A DNA stretch of 64,000 bases, taken from NCBI GenBank assembly GCA_958009085.1, contig OY253670.1, forward strand, positions 1,302,001 to 1,366,000, in the 5' to 3' direction. The translations under genes were made by a program, and so were the position numbers. Shown here piece by piece: positions 50,801-61,300 of the stretch. The notes below the pieces were generated by a model, which was given only the letters and a program-made list of their open reading frames with translations, did no database searches and was not told the DNA's origin. The DNA is from Protoeuglena noctilucae. Taxonomy: Eukaryota. Numbering within the stretch: the first letter of the stretch is position 1; every line of letters starts with the position of its first letter.

Positions 50801-53800
50801 CGGGCCCAAGTGGAGGCGGTGCTGGGCGTGGCGCCGGGGGCGGACCTGCCGGCCCCCGTGGCGCTGGCGGACGCGCTGGACGCGCGGGCGGGGGAGCTGG
50901 GCGCGGAGGCGGAGCGGGTGGAGGCGCGGGCGCAGGCGGTGACGCACCGGTGCCGCGAGCACGAGGCGGCCCTGGCGGTGGTGCGGGGAGAGGCGGCGCG
51001 GCTGGGGGCGGAGGAGGAGTCCCTGCAGTCGCAGCTGGACGCCGTCATGGCCACGCAGGCGAGCGCACGGCAGCGCCGAGGCAGCCTGGGCAAGAAGCAA
51101 TGACGATTTCCGCTGGGTACCCCGGGTGTCAAATACGCTGCTACCCTTGGCACACTAACTGCGTCGTTGCTGCTTCCCGTCCCTCGCAGATGCCGGGTCC
51201 CTCGGCGCCCCCGCTGCAATCTCAGGCGGGGTTTGAGCAGGCCCTCCAGGACCTGGAGGAGCGGCTGCAGGCGCAGATGACGGCACGGGAGGGCCAGACG
51301 GTGCTGATTGGGACGTGGGAGGCCTTCGCCAAGAGGGGGCGGAAGCACGGCAAGTGCGCCGTGTGCCAGAGGGCATTCCACGGCGAAGAGGAGCTCCACA
51401 CGTGAGGGCAGACGCAGACAGAGGCCGCTGGTGCGACCCCATGGCTGTCACTAGCCCTCGTGGAATGCGGGTGCCGAGGCAGCAGGGGGTGCAATTGCTT
51501 TCACATGGCTTGGTCGCCTTGCATCCGGTGTACTTGCTGCCTTGCATCTGTCTGAGTCGGCTGTGCTCCCCCGCAGGTACGTGACGTTCTGCGAGCGGGA
51601 GCGCGCGAGGCTGCAGGAGAGCTGGCAGCAGGGGGACGCGGAGGTGTCCGCGGACCAGCGCCAGATGGAGCGTTTCAAGCTGGCGCAGCCGCTTTGGGCG
51701 CGGCTGCGGGAGGTGCAGCAGTCGCTGCTGCCGGACGCGCGGACCCGCGTGGCGGAGCTGGAGGCCGAGCTGGCGCGGCACAAGGAGCGGCAGGAGGAGG
51801 CGGACGGCGCGGCAGAGCAGGCACGGGGGCGGGCGCGGCGGGCGGCAGAGGCGGCCGCGGGGGTGGGCGCGGAGGCCCGACGTCTGGCCAAGGAGGCAGC
51901 TGCTTTGCGGGAGGAGGTGGGGGAGCTCGAGGCGCGAGCGGGGGCGGCGGGTGGCCCCGTGGGCGACGCGGAGGCGGTGTCGCGGGAGCTGGAGGCCGAG
52001 GAGGCGCGGCGCACGTCGCTGGAGCGGGAACGGGAGGAGGCGATGCGGCAGCTGGCGGCGCTGAAGGACGCGGTGGTTGCGGCGGGCAATGCCTGGAGGG
52101 ACGCGAAGGAGGAGACGGCGGGGGTGCAGGCGAGGGGACTAGCTGGCACGACTTGGCTGGGCTGCATGCATAGTGGTGGTGCCGAGAGCGGGGGCTTGCT
52201 CGTGGGTCCTGTATCATATCGGCGCCTGTCCTGTCGCTTCGTTCGCTTCGCTGCGTTGGTAGGACTCTTCTCGCCCGTGTGTCCCCAGGCGCGGCTGCGT
52301 GAGGGCGATGCTCTGCGGGAGCAGCTGGCGGAGGTGGAGCGGGAGCGGGCGTCGGCGCTGGCGGAGGCGGAGAAGGCCGGGGCGGCAGAGGCGCCGCTGG
52401 AGGCGCGGCGCGAGGAGGCCCGGGCGCAGCGGGCGCAGGAGCGCGACGCGGCTGCGAGGGCCGAGGCTGCAGGGGAGGAGCGGCTGCGTGCGGCGCGGGC
52501 GGTGCTGGACCGGGTGCGCCAGGCGGCCGAGGCGGTGGCGGCTCTGGAGAAGCGGGGGGCGGCGGGGGAGCTGGCGGCGCTGGGGCGTGAGCTGCAGCGG
52601 CAGGAGGGGGCGCAGCGAGCGCTGGAGGAGGAGATGCGGGCGCTGCAGGCGGACCTGGACGGGATGGCGCAGAGCGTGAGCGAGACGGAGGCGATTCGAA
52701 AGGCGATGCAGGAGGCGGTGGACCTGCGGCGGTTGGAGAAGGACGTGGCAGCGCTGGGGGCGCGGGTGCGGGCGGCGCTGGAGCAGCGGGAGGCGGTGGG
52801 GGACGCGCGGGACATCCAGCAGGCAGTGGCGCGCGCGGACGCGGCGTCGCGGGAGGCGCAGCACACGCTGAGCATGGCGGAGGGCGCGCAGGCCACGGTG
52901 CGGCACCAGGCGCAGCGGGCCAAGGAGGAGCTGGCGGACGTGAAGTATCGGGACGTGGACGAGCGGTACCGGGCGCAGAGGTGAGGGGAGAGGCTGTTAC
53001 GGTCTATTGCACGTGACTGGGGCCCAGGGTGACACGCGCGCATTGGTCGTGGCGCTGCTTGCGAGCGTCGCACAGGCATGTGGCGCCGGCCATGACGGTG
53101 GTCACGGCGTTTGCGCGTGGTCCCCCGCAGCGTGGAGCAGCACACGGCGGAGATGTGCATCTCGGATCTGGAGAAGTACTCTCGTGCGTTGGAGAAGGCG
53201 TTGCTGGCGTTCCACGGGGAGAAGATGGAGGAGATCAACCAGACGATCAAGGAGCTGTGGCAGCGCACGTACCGCAACCAGGACATCGACTCCATTCAGA
53301 TAAGAGCCGAGGCCGACACGACGTCGGCGAGGCGGTCGTACAACTACCGTGTGGTGATGCACGTGGGCGGGACGGAGCTGGACATGCGGGGGCGGTGCTC
53401 GGCGGGGCAGAAGGTCCTCGCCTGCCTCATCATCCGCCTCGCGCTGTCCGAGACCTTCTGCATCAACTGCGGCATCCTGGCCCTGGACGAGCCCACCACC
53501 AACCTCGACACGGAGAACGCCGCCAGCCTCGCCGAGGCACTCAGGCCAGTCGATGGCGGGGGCAGCGCGATCCGCGGCGGCGCTTGGAGAACGCGTGCGC
53601 GTACTTGCAGCAGCGCAGTGCGCCTGTGGTAGCGCGGCCCATGCAACGCGCCCAGTAGATGACCGCGCGTTGCCTGGGCCCAACGCAGGGCCCTCATGGA
53701 CGCCCGCCGTCAAAACTCCAATTTCCAGCTGGTGGTCATCACGCACGACGAGAGCTTCGCGCACAGGGTGGGCAGCCGGGAGCTGGCGGACCACATGTGG

Positions 53801-53854
53801 CGGGTCACCAAGGACGCCAACCAGCACTCGCGCATCGAGAAGGAGCTCATCTGA
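47893..53854 (+). CDS. RAD50: DNA repair protein RAD50 (MRN complex ABC-ATPase); 18 exons
   Basis: GIRSFSP, Walker [22 protein letters not shown], zinc hook CAVC, signature [10 protein letters not shown], Walker [13 protein letters not shown]-loop ITHD. 8 of 17 introns are GC-AG. Confidence 0.96.
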
Positions 53855-54109
53855 CAAGGATTCCGCTTTGTGGGCGGTCTTGCGAGGGTCGAGTTGCTGC
53901 TTATGGATGTTTGCCTTTCAGCGCACATAGGCCAGGATTGGCTTGGCATATGAGAGTTGACGCCCAGTTCTGGCTGGCTTGGAGAGTTTTGCATTGTTCT
54001 GAAGTCACGAGCGCAGCAGTTCATATGCGACGAGGCGAGGTGACAGCGGAGCTTCTCGTACACCGCCGACGGCGCCTGCCCGTGCGACGGGAGCACGCTT
54101 CCTGTCCCG

Positions 54110-55018
54110 ATGCCCAAGCTCGTCGACGTGACGACGACCCTCTGGGGCATGGAGTACTCCGTGCATGGTGACAGATGATCATGACATCGGGCACTGGGAG
54201 GGGGCGCGGGGGGGACGCGAAAGCGCGGCGCAGGGAGGCCATGCATGGGCAGGCCTCGCCGCGTTCAATTCGCAGCCGCACGCTCTCTGTAACCCGCGAT
54301 TTGGCACGACATGATACAAATGCGATCGGCCGGCGAACATCCTTCCATACTCGGCGCTCCCAGAGGTGCCGAAGAGCCACCGCGACGAGGTGGCGGCCGT
54401 CTTCCCGGGGATGGACATGACGGGCGCGCTGGTGGTGCCGACTTGCCAGCAGGTGCATATGTCTCGGAGAAGACCCGAGGGACTGCTCGCGCGATGCCTC
54501 GTTTCCTCGCGGCGGTCGCCGGGCTCCTCAAAAGTGGTTGCGATCGCACGCAGTCTCGCCTCGACCTCGTTAACGTCGGCCCGGACATTGAAGCGGAGAA
54601 GGACTATTGTCTCGAGCGCTTCATGAGCTGGGCATCGCAAGTCTGCGATACGCTCGTGGCGCGCGGGTTTTGGGCGGACTTCATCGACCCATGCTCGGGG
54701 CTCCCCATGGCGAGGGCCGCGCGATCCCTCTGGCCCAGCAAGCGTTGCATTCCGCTTCATGTGTGGCATCAGACGTCCTCCGCGCCCTCGCAGCGGTCCA
54801 AGGTGAACGGGGGCGTCTACCCGGAGGTGCAGGCGCTCTCGACGCTGCTGAACTACCGCACCTCCAATGCGGGGTGCTGCCGCGTCGTACTGCACCCCAA
54901 GTGGGCCACGTCCGTGTACCCCGCGAGTCTCTTCGCCAAGGCGCCCCTGGAGGAGCTCCTTGCCGCCATCAGGGAGGCGGAGGCAAAGCTGGGCGGGGCG
55001 AGCCATGAGGCAGGGTGA
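54110..55018 (+). CDS. MMADHC: Cobalamin trafficking protein CblD/MMADHC-like; start uncertain
   Basis: MEYSVH, VPTCQ, EKD..LERF..WA..VC..L...GFWADFIDPCSGLPM, GCCRVVLHPKWATSVYPASLFAKAP. Third intron GC-AG, 54710-54793. Confidence 0.85.
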
Positions 55019-55337
55019 CTGCTATGGGGTGCCACCCCTGCGCCAGCTCCCTTGATACCATTGACAGGTCGGGCATCATGTGTCGTCAGTTCCTGTTCGG
55101 CCATTACTAGTCTTGGCGCTGTTTACCCCTGGCTGCCTGTGCAGGGACCCATGCAGCGTTTACCACAACCCCACAGCAAGCACCGCGACCATATGCCCGC
55201 TGAGCCCGGCTTGGCCTCGCTCTTGGTTCTAGCATCCTTCGAGTAGCTTGTTGAAGGCTCTAGCAGCGTGTAAACATGGGCCCCTGCCCTTGCGGGCATT
55301 GGACGTGAAACGAGACGTGGGCATGACGAGATTGGGT

Positions 55338-58300
55338 CTATGCCAGGGTGCCCGCGGCTGCCCTCTGCTGGAGGCTCGCGAGGGCGTTGAGCTGGTCGCG
55401 GTACCGGGACTCCCATTCGGACCGCCGGCGCTGGATGCCCGACAGGCGCTCCTTCAGCCAGGACAGCTCTGCCTGCAGCGTCTCACGGCTCCTGAGGGGG
55501 ACTCGCGGGGAGGATGCGGGCGTGCGGTGATGACGGTACCGGGGCAGGTGGATAAACGGACATGGAGAGACTCAGCAGCGGGGCGCATGACCAGTCATTG
55601 GTGATCAGTCATGGCGCCTGCCATGCTTCCCACCTGATGTCGCGCGAGAAGCTCTCCTCCTCAGCGGCCAGCAGCGTGTGGTCCCGCGCCAGCGTATCCA
55701 CCTCGGTGGCAATGCGGCCCGCCTCCCCCGATGCAGCACGTGGGCCCAGCATCGCACGCAGCCTCAGGATCTTGTCCCCCGCGCGCTGTGCCGTGGCCAC
55801 CACCGAGTCTGCCAGCTGCTGCATGCGTCGGACCTGGCCCTGCGAGACCCCGAGTCCCTCAAATGAGATAACCAAGCCAGCCGCGACCCTTCTGCACATG
55901 TGCATGCCCCATGCAGCGTACACAGGCCTGCAACGAACTCCCCACGGCTCCTGCTCACCTCCGTGGGCGAGCGGCTCGCCCTCGTCCCGCTCGTGCCGCG
56001 GCTGGGCCCCTCGCCAACCCCACGCTGTGCCCCCCCCAGCTCCGACTCCAGCTGCCGCCGGACCGGGACGCCGGCGGGGGGCAGCCGCGCGGCGGGGGCG
56101 TCGCTGAAGAAGCTCCCGTTGGGCCGGGCCGGGGAGGCGAGGGCCGAGACCGGGAGACTCCCCCGGCCGCTGGGGGTCCGCGGGGCTGGGCGGGGTGCCT
56201 GTGGGGCCCAGTGAGAGCGAAGGCATGGGTGGAGTCGAGGGTCGAGGAGGCGATGTTGGGGGTTGTTGTTCGTGAAGTTCACTCCTTGAGGAGTGCAAAC
56301 CTCGCGTGCCCTCCCGCCCCTCTGTGCATGATGCCGCCCCTCACCTCCCTCACGGCGCTCCTCGCCAGCTCCTCCGCCACTGCCCGGGCCTCCTCCACCT
56401 CCGCAGCGTACTCATCCAGTTCCCGACGGCGCCTCTCCGCCTCCCGGTGCGCCGCCACCACCTCGCCCTGCCTGTCCACCAGCGCGTCGGCCGCCTCCGC
56501 CACCCTTGCCTGGGCGTCGCTCAGGGCGCCCCTCTCGGCGTTCAGGTCAGCCTCTCGCCGCTCCAGTCGCCGCCACTGCTCCTGCAGCTCCTCTTCCCGC
56601 GCCGCCAGGCGCTGGCGTGCCTGCGGGAGTGGTGTTGTGCTGGCAAGATCGTGCCATTCCCATGCCGCCCTGGTAATGGCAGTGCGCCACCACAGATGCC
56701 CTCGTGTCACGCATTCCAAGAGCAGACAGTCACCTTCAGGACCTCCACGTTGTGTGTGTTGGCTGCCGCCGTCATCTCGGCCTCCCGCTCGGCGATCTCC
56801 ACACGCATGCGCTGGAGGTCGGCCTCGCGGCGCGCGAAGGTATCGTGCTCTGCCCGCAGGTCGGCCTCTCGCTGCACCAGTGCCAGGCGCTGCGGCCAGG
56901 ACGAGGGCACACGGCCGTGAAGGTCCGGGCGGCGGATGCGCATTCGTGCAGTGGGCAAGGTGAGCGGCCCCAGCAGACCACTGGCAACGCGTACCGCAGA
57001 CGTGCCTGCCCTGCTCGTCCGCGGCCCTCACCGTCGCTTCGATTTCCTTGCGGCTGGCATTCAGCTCTTCCTCCGCCTGTTTGCTCTGGCGCTCCAGCTC
57101 CCTCGCCCTGGCCTCTGCGCGCTGCTCCGCCTCCTCCAGCTGCCGCCGGCGTTCCTTGAGCTCACTGGGGACGGCAGCAGGGCTTAAGCTCACGTCGCCG
57201 ACAGCCACGGGCGACGGGGCGGCAGGCGGGGAGCAGTGCATCGCCACAAGCTGCTCGTGCACTAACAGCTCACCTCTCCTTGCGCTGGCCCTCCTCCCGC
57301 CTGCGCTCTCGCTCTGCCTGCACCTCAGCTTCCCTCTCCTTGGCACGGCGCAGGGTCGCCTGCAGCGGTCAAGGTCAGCTCCCGCCTCGGTGACGCCCCC
57401 TGCCAAACAGTGGCAGCAGTCGCAGCCGCACATGCGATGCACGTCCATGACTCCGCCCCTGCCCACCTCAGCCTCGCTCGCCATGGCCCGCGCCTTCAGG
57501 GCCGTCTCTGCCAAACGCTGCTCCTCCCGGGCAACCTCTCCCCGCCGCGTCTCCACCTCCTCTCCCGCCGCCTCCAGACGCCGCTCCAGACGCTCGGCGC
57601 GCGCCACCCTCCGCTCCACCTCCTCCCGCTCCGCCGCCACCTCGGCCCTCTGCAGGCATCGCACGCGAGTCACGGTCCCTTGCTTACTCGCCCCGTGCGG
57701 TCACCCGTCAGCGTCACCCATCAGTCACAGCCTCGAGCGATGCGCACATGTCCACGTAGGCATCTGCAAATCCTCCTGTGCCAGGCTGTGGTTTCTGGCA
57801 TCACACCTGCGCCTCCACGTCCCGCGCCTGCTCCTTGGCTGCGGCCACCAGCTCCTCTAGGCGCGCCCGGCCCCTCCGCAGCGCCTCCCTCTCCTCCGAC
57901 ACCCGCCTCGCGTCCTCCTCCACCCGCAGAGACGTCTCCTGCAGCAGCCGCTCCCGGGCCTGCAAATCCGCCTGCGGCAGGCAAGGGCGCGGGCGACAGA
58001 TTTCCAAACAGCCAGCAGGCCAGAGCGGAGCAGCAAGAACGTCGCAACCCTCTGCTCGAGCTTCAGCTCCGCGGCCCACTCGCCCCCGCCGCTGCAATCT
58101 CCGCCTCCCGCTCCGCCATGGCGGCCCTGGCAGCATCGGCCTCCCGCTGAACCTCGTTGGCGAGGTCGCCCTCCCTCTGCGGACGCGCGCAAGGCGATGC
58201 ATGGAGCACGTCGGCGAGATGCAACATGCTGCGTGGGCCCAGCAGCCAACCCTGTGCGCCACCCATGTCGCGACTGGCATGCGTCAGCACAGAGGAGGGC

Positions 58301-61300
58301 CTCATCTGCGCTCCCCACCTGCGCGGCGCTGGCGTTGCGCGCAATGGCCCCCTCCAGCGCCCGCTTCTCCTCAGCCAGCGCCTGCAGCCGCTCCTCCAGG
58401 CGCTCCGCGTCCGCCCGCATCTCCGCCACCTGGGCCGCCAGGCGACGGTGCTCGGACTTCTGAGGGAAGTAAGGAGCCAGTTTGACGCTATCGGTGACAT
58501 TGCCAAGTCCGCGCATCCTTCCGTAACAACAGGCAGCACCCCCCCGGCGGTGTCCCACGCTCCCCACCTGGGCCAGCAGTCGGTCCTCGTCCTTGGCCAC
58601 TGCCTTGGCCCGCGCCTCCACCGTCGCCACCGCCGCCTCCCGCGCCGCGAGCGCCACCTCCGCCTGCCGCACGAGCTCCTCCCGCCCCGGCAGCTCCTCC
58701 AGCAGCGCAAGGCGGTCCGCGTGCCTCGACACCTCGGCCCTCACCGCCGCACGCTCCCGCTCCACCTCCAGGGCCAGCGCCGTCCGCGCCGCGTCCAGCA
58801 CCGCGCGCTCCTCCGACAGCCGCCCCGCGGCCTCCTCCTGCTCCACCGCCAGCTCCTCCACCCGCCGGCGCCGTGCCCCCGCCTCTGCCGCCGCCTCCCG
58901 CGCCTGCCGCACCTCCGCCCGCGCTGCCGCCACCTCCTCCTCTGCGGCCGCCTCGCGCCGCCTCAGCTCCTGCTCCCTCGCCTGCAGCGCGCGCTCCCGC
59001 AACTCCACGTCCGCCAGCCGCGCCGCCTGCGCCTCCGCCTGGGAACGGTGGCGCTGCTGCGCCTCCGCCAGCGCTGCCTCCCGTTCCCTCAAAGCTGACT
59101 CCAGGCGCGACGTCTCCGCAGTCGCCCGCTGAAGCTGCACGCCACGTGGGGCCAAGGCACAGGATCGGCCACGGCACGTTGCGCGACAACTCCGTGAAGC
59201 CTCGGTACCACCACGCCATGGCCCTCGCCTGCTTTTCCATCGCCTCCACGTCCCGCTTGGCACGCTCCAGCTCCACCTCGTCCTGCATCACCACCTCGGC
59301 TTGCGCCAGCTTGGCCGACAGCACCTCCACTTGGGCCCGCAGCTCCCGACACTCCAGCGCGGCCTCGTCCCTCTCTGCAGTCGCGGGTCGTCTTGCTCGC
59401 AAACAGCGCAGTAAGGCGTGTCTGCGTGTCAAAAGCTCTTGCTAGGCATGGACAGACGGGCTCAGCAGATGGGCTGCCGCCTCCCTCGCTGACGCTCACC
59501 GACGTCCATGGCACGCCGCCGCTCGGCCACGTCCACCGCGGCGCGCTCCAGCTCCTCCTCCCGCGCCCGCAGCGCCGCCTCGGCCCGCCTCGCCTCGCGA
59601 TCCCTCTCCTCGGCCGCCCGCTCCCGCCCCCCCACCGCCGTCTCCCGCTGTGCCAGGGCCGCCCGCTCCCTCTCCGCGTCCGCGCTAAGGTCCAGGTACC
59701 GCTGCCGCTCGCGGGCCGCGGCCTCCCGCTCCCGCTCCAGCCTCGCCGCAGCGTCCCTCGCCTCGCCCTCGGCCCGCATGACCGCCTGCTCCCGCGCCGC
59801 CACGCTCTCGGCGCGCCCCGCCATGGCCTCCACCCACCGCTCCCGCTCCGCCCGCGCCGCCGTTTCCTCCCGCAGCGTCCGCAGCCCGCCCGCCAGCGCC
59901 TCCTCCCGGTCCGCCAGGTCCTGCTCCATGCGTGTCAGCCTTGCCTCCTTCTCCCTGACGTGGGCCATGAGGCGCTCGGTGCGGGCGTGCTCGTCCCTCA
60001 CGGCCGCCTCCAGCTCCAGCATCTCCCGGTGCTTGGCCTGCACCGCCTGGCCCGACCGCGCGTGCCTCTCCAGCCCCGCCGCCACCTCCTCCTCCGCCGC
60101 CCGCATCTGCGCCACCGCCGACAGCGCCGCGCTCGCCTCCAGCTCCAGGGCCACCGCCCACTGCGATGGGCAAAGACGGGAGTGAACTCAGGACGAGCCT
60201 CAACCGCGGAGCACCGATGACAAGTCACCCCTGGACCATCGCAGCAATGGTGCGGTCCCTCTGCCGCCCCGCAGCGCTCGCCTGCTGCACGCGTCCCTCC
60301 CGGGCCATGAGCTCCGCGCGCCGCCCCTGCAGCAGCGCGGCAATCTCCTCCGGCGACCCCTCGCTCCCCGCCGCCGCATCTGAGACGGCGCGGGAGGGGC
60401 CACCCGCCACGTCGCCCGCGCCCGCCATCTCGTCCACCAGGGCTTGGATGGCCCCCAGGGCGCGAGATATGGGCCGCGCTTGGGGCCCCAGGTCCGCCGC
60501 GGCTGGGCCATCCCCGGCGCGCCCGGGGCGCAGCTGTGCCTTGTACGTCCGCCACAGCGCCTGGGGTCGGACCATCGCGGCCATTGGTTTTCCACCAGCC
60601 AAGCGTGTCTGCTTCATCCATGTTAACCTATTTCAGCGTATCCTCACCTGCACCCGGTGCTCCTGCGCGTGCAGTGCCTCCTCCAGCGACTGCAGTGCCT
60701 CCCGGCCCGCCTCCACGGCACGCCCCTCCCGCTCCACCCGCGCCACCGCCTCCGCCACCCGCTCCTCCACCTCCCTCACGTTGCGCTCCGCCTGCTCCCG
60801 CTCCCGCGCCAGCACGCCCGCCTCCGCATCCCGCCGGTCTGCCGCCACCGCCTCTTCCCGGCGCTGGATCTCCACCTGCAGCGCCTCCAGCCTGCGAGGC
60901 GCGGGGAGGACGCACCATGGCATTGAAGCTGCGATACCCAGCGAGGGCAGCGCAGAAGCGGACAGAAAGGCACTCGGCGTGTTGCGAGATGCGTCGCGTC
61001 GCAGTTGGTCCCAGTCCCCCCCACCTCTGGAGGGCCTTGGTGGCCCGCTCCTCCCGCTCCTGCGCAGTGGCCGATGCCTCGTCCGCGCGCTTCTCCCGAG
61101 TCAAGACGTCCTTCTCCCGGTCTCCCAGGACCTTCTCCCGGGTGTCCAGGCGCAGGGCCATGCGCTCCTGCTGCGCCTCGCTACGCTGCGGGTGTTGGAG
61201 TAACACAAAGCTGCTAGGGAGACGCTCACGGACACAACGGCGGGGCCCTTAGTCATACAAGCGCCATGCATGGAGTGGTACAGGTGTCGCCGTCACACCA

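Noticed and set aside
51577..52980. Strong G/A skew and quasi-repeats suggesting a tandem repeat or CRISPR-like array
   Set aside because: Explained by GAG/GCG/CGG codons in RAD50 coiled-coil exons; there is no fixed repeat-spacer structure.
56995..57030. Apparent GG donor (CAG|GGCAGG) in the giant coiled-coil gene
   Set aside because: A canonical phase-0 donor (ACG|GTGAGG) lies just upstream.
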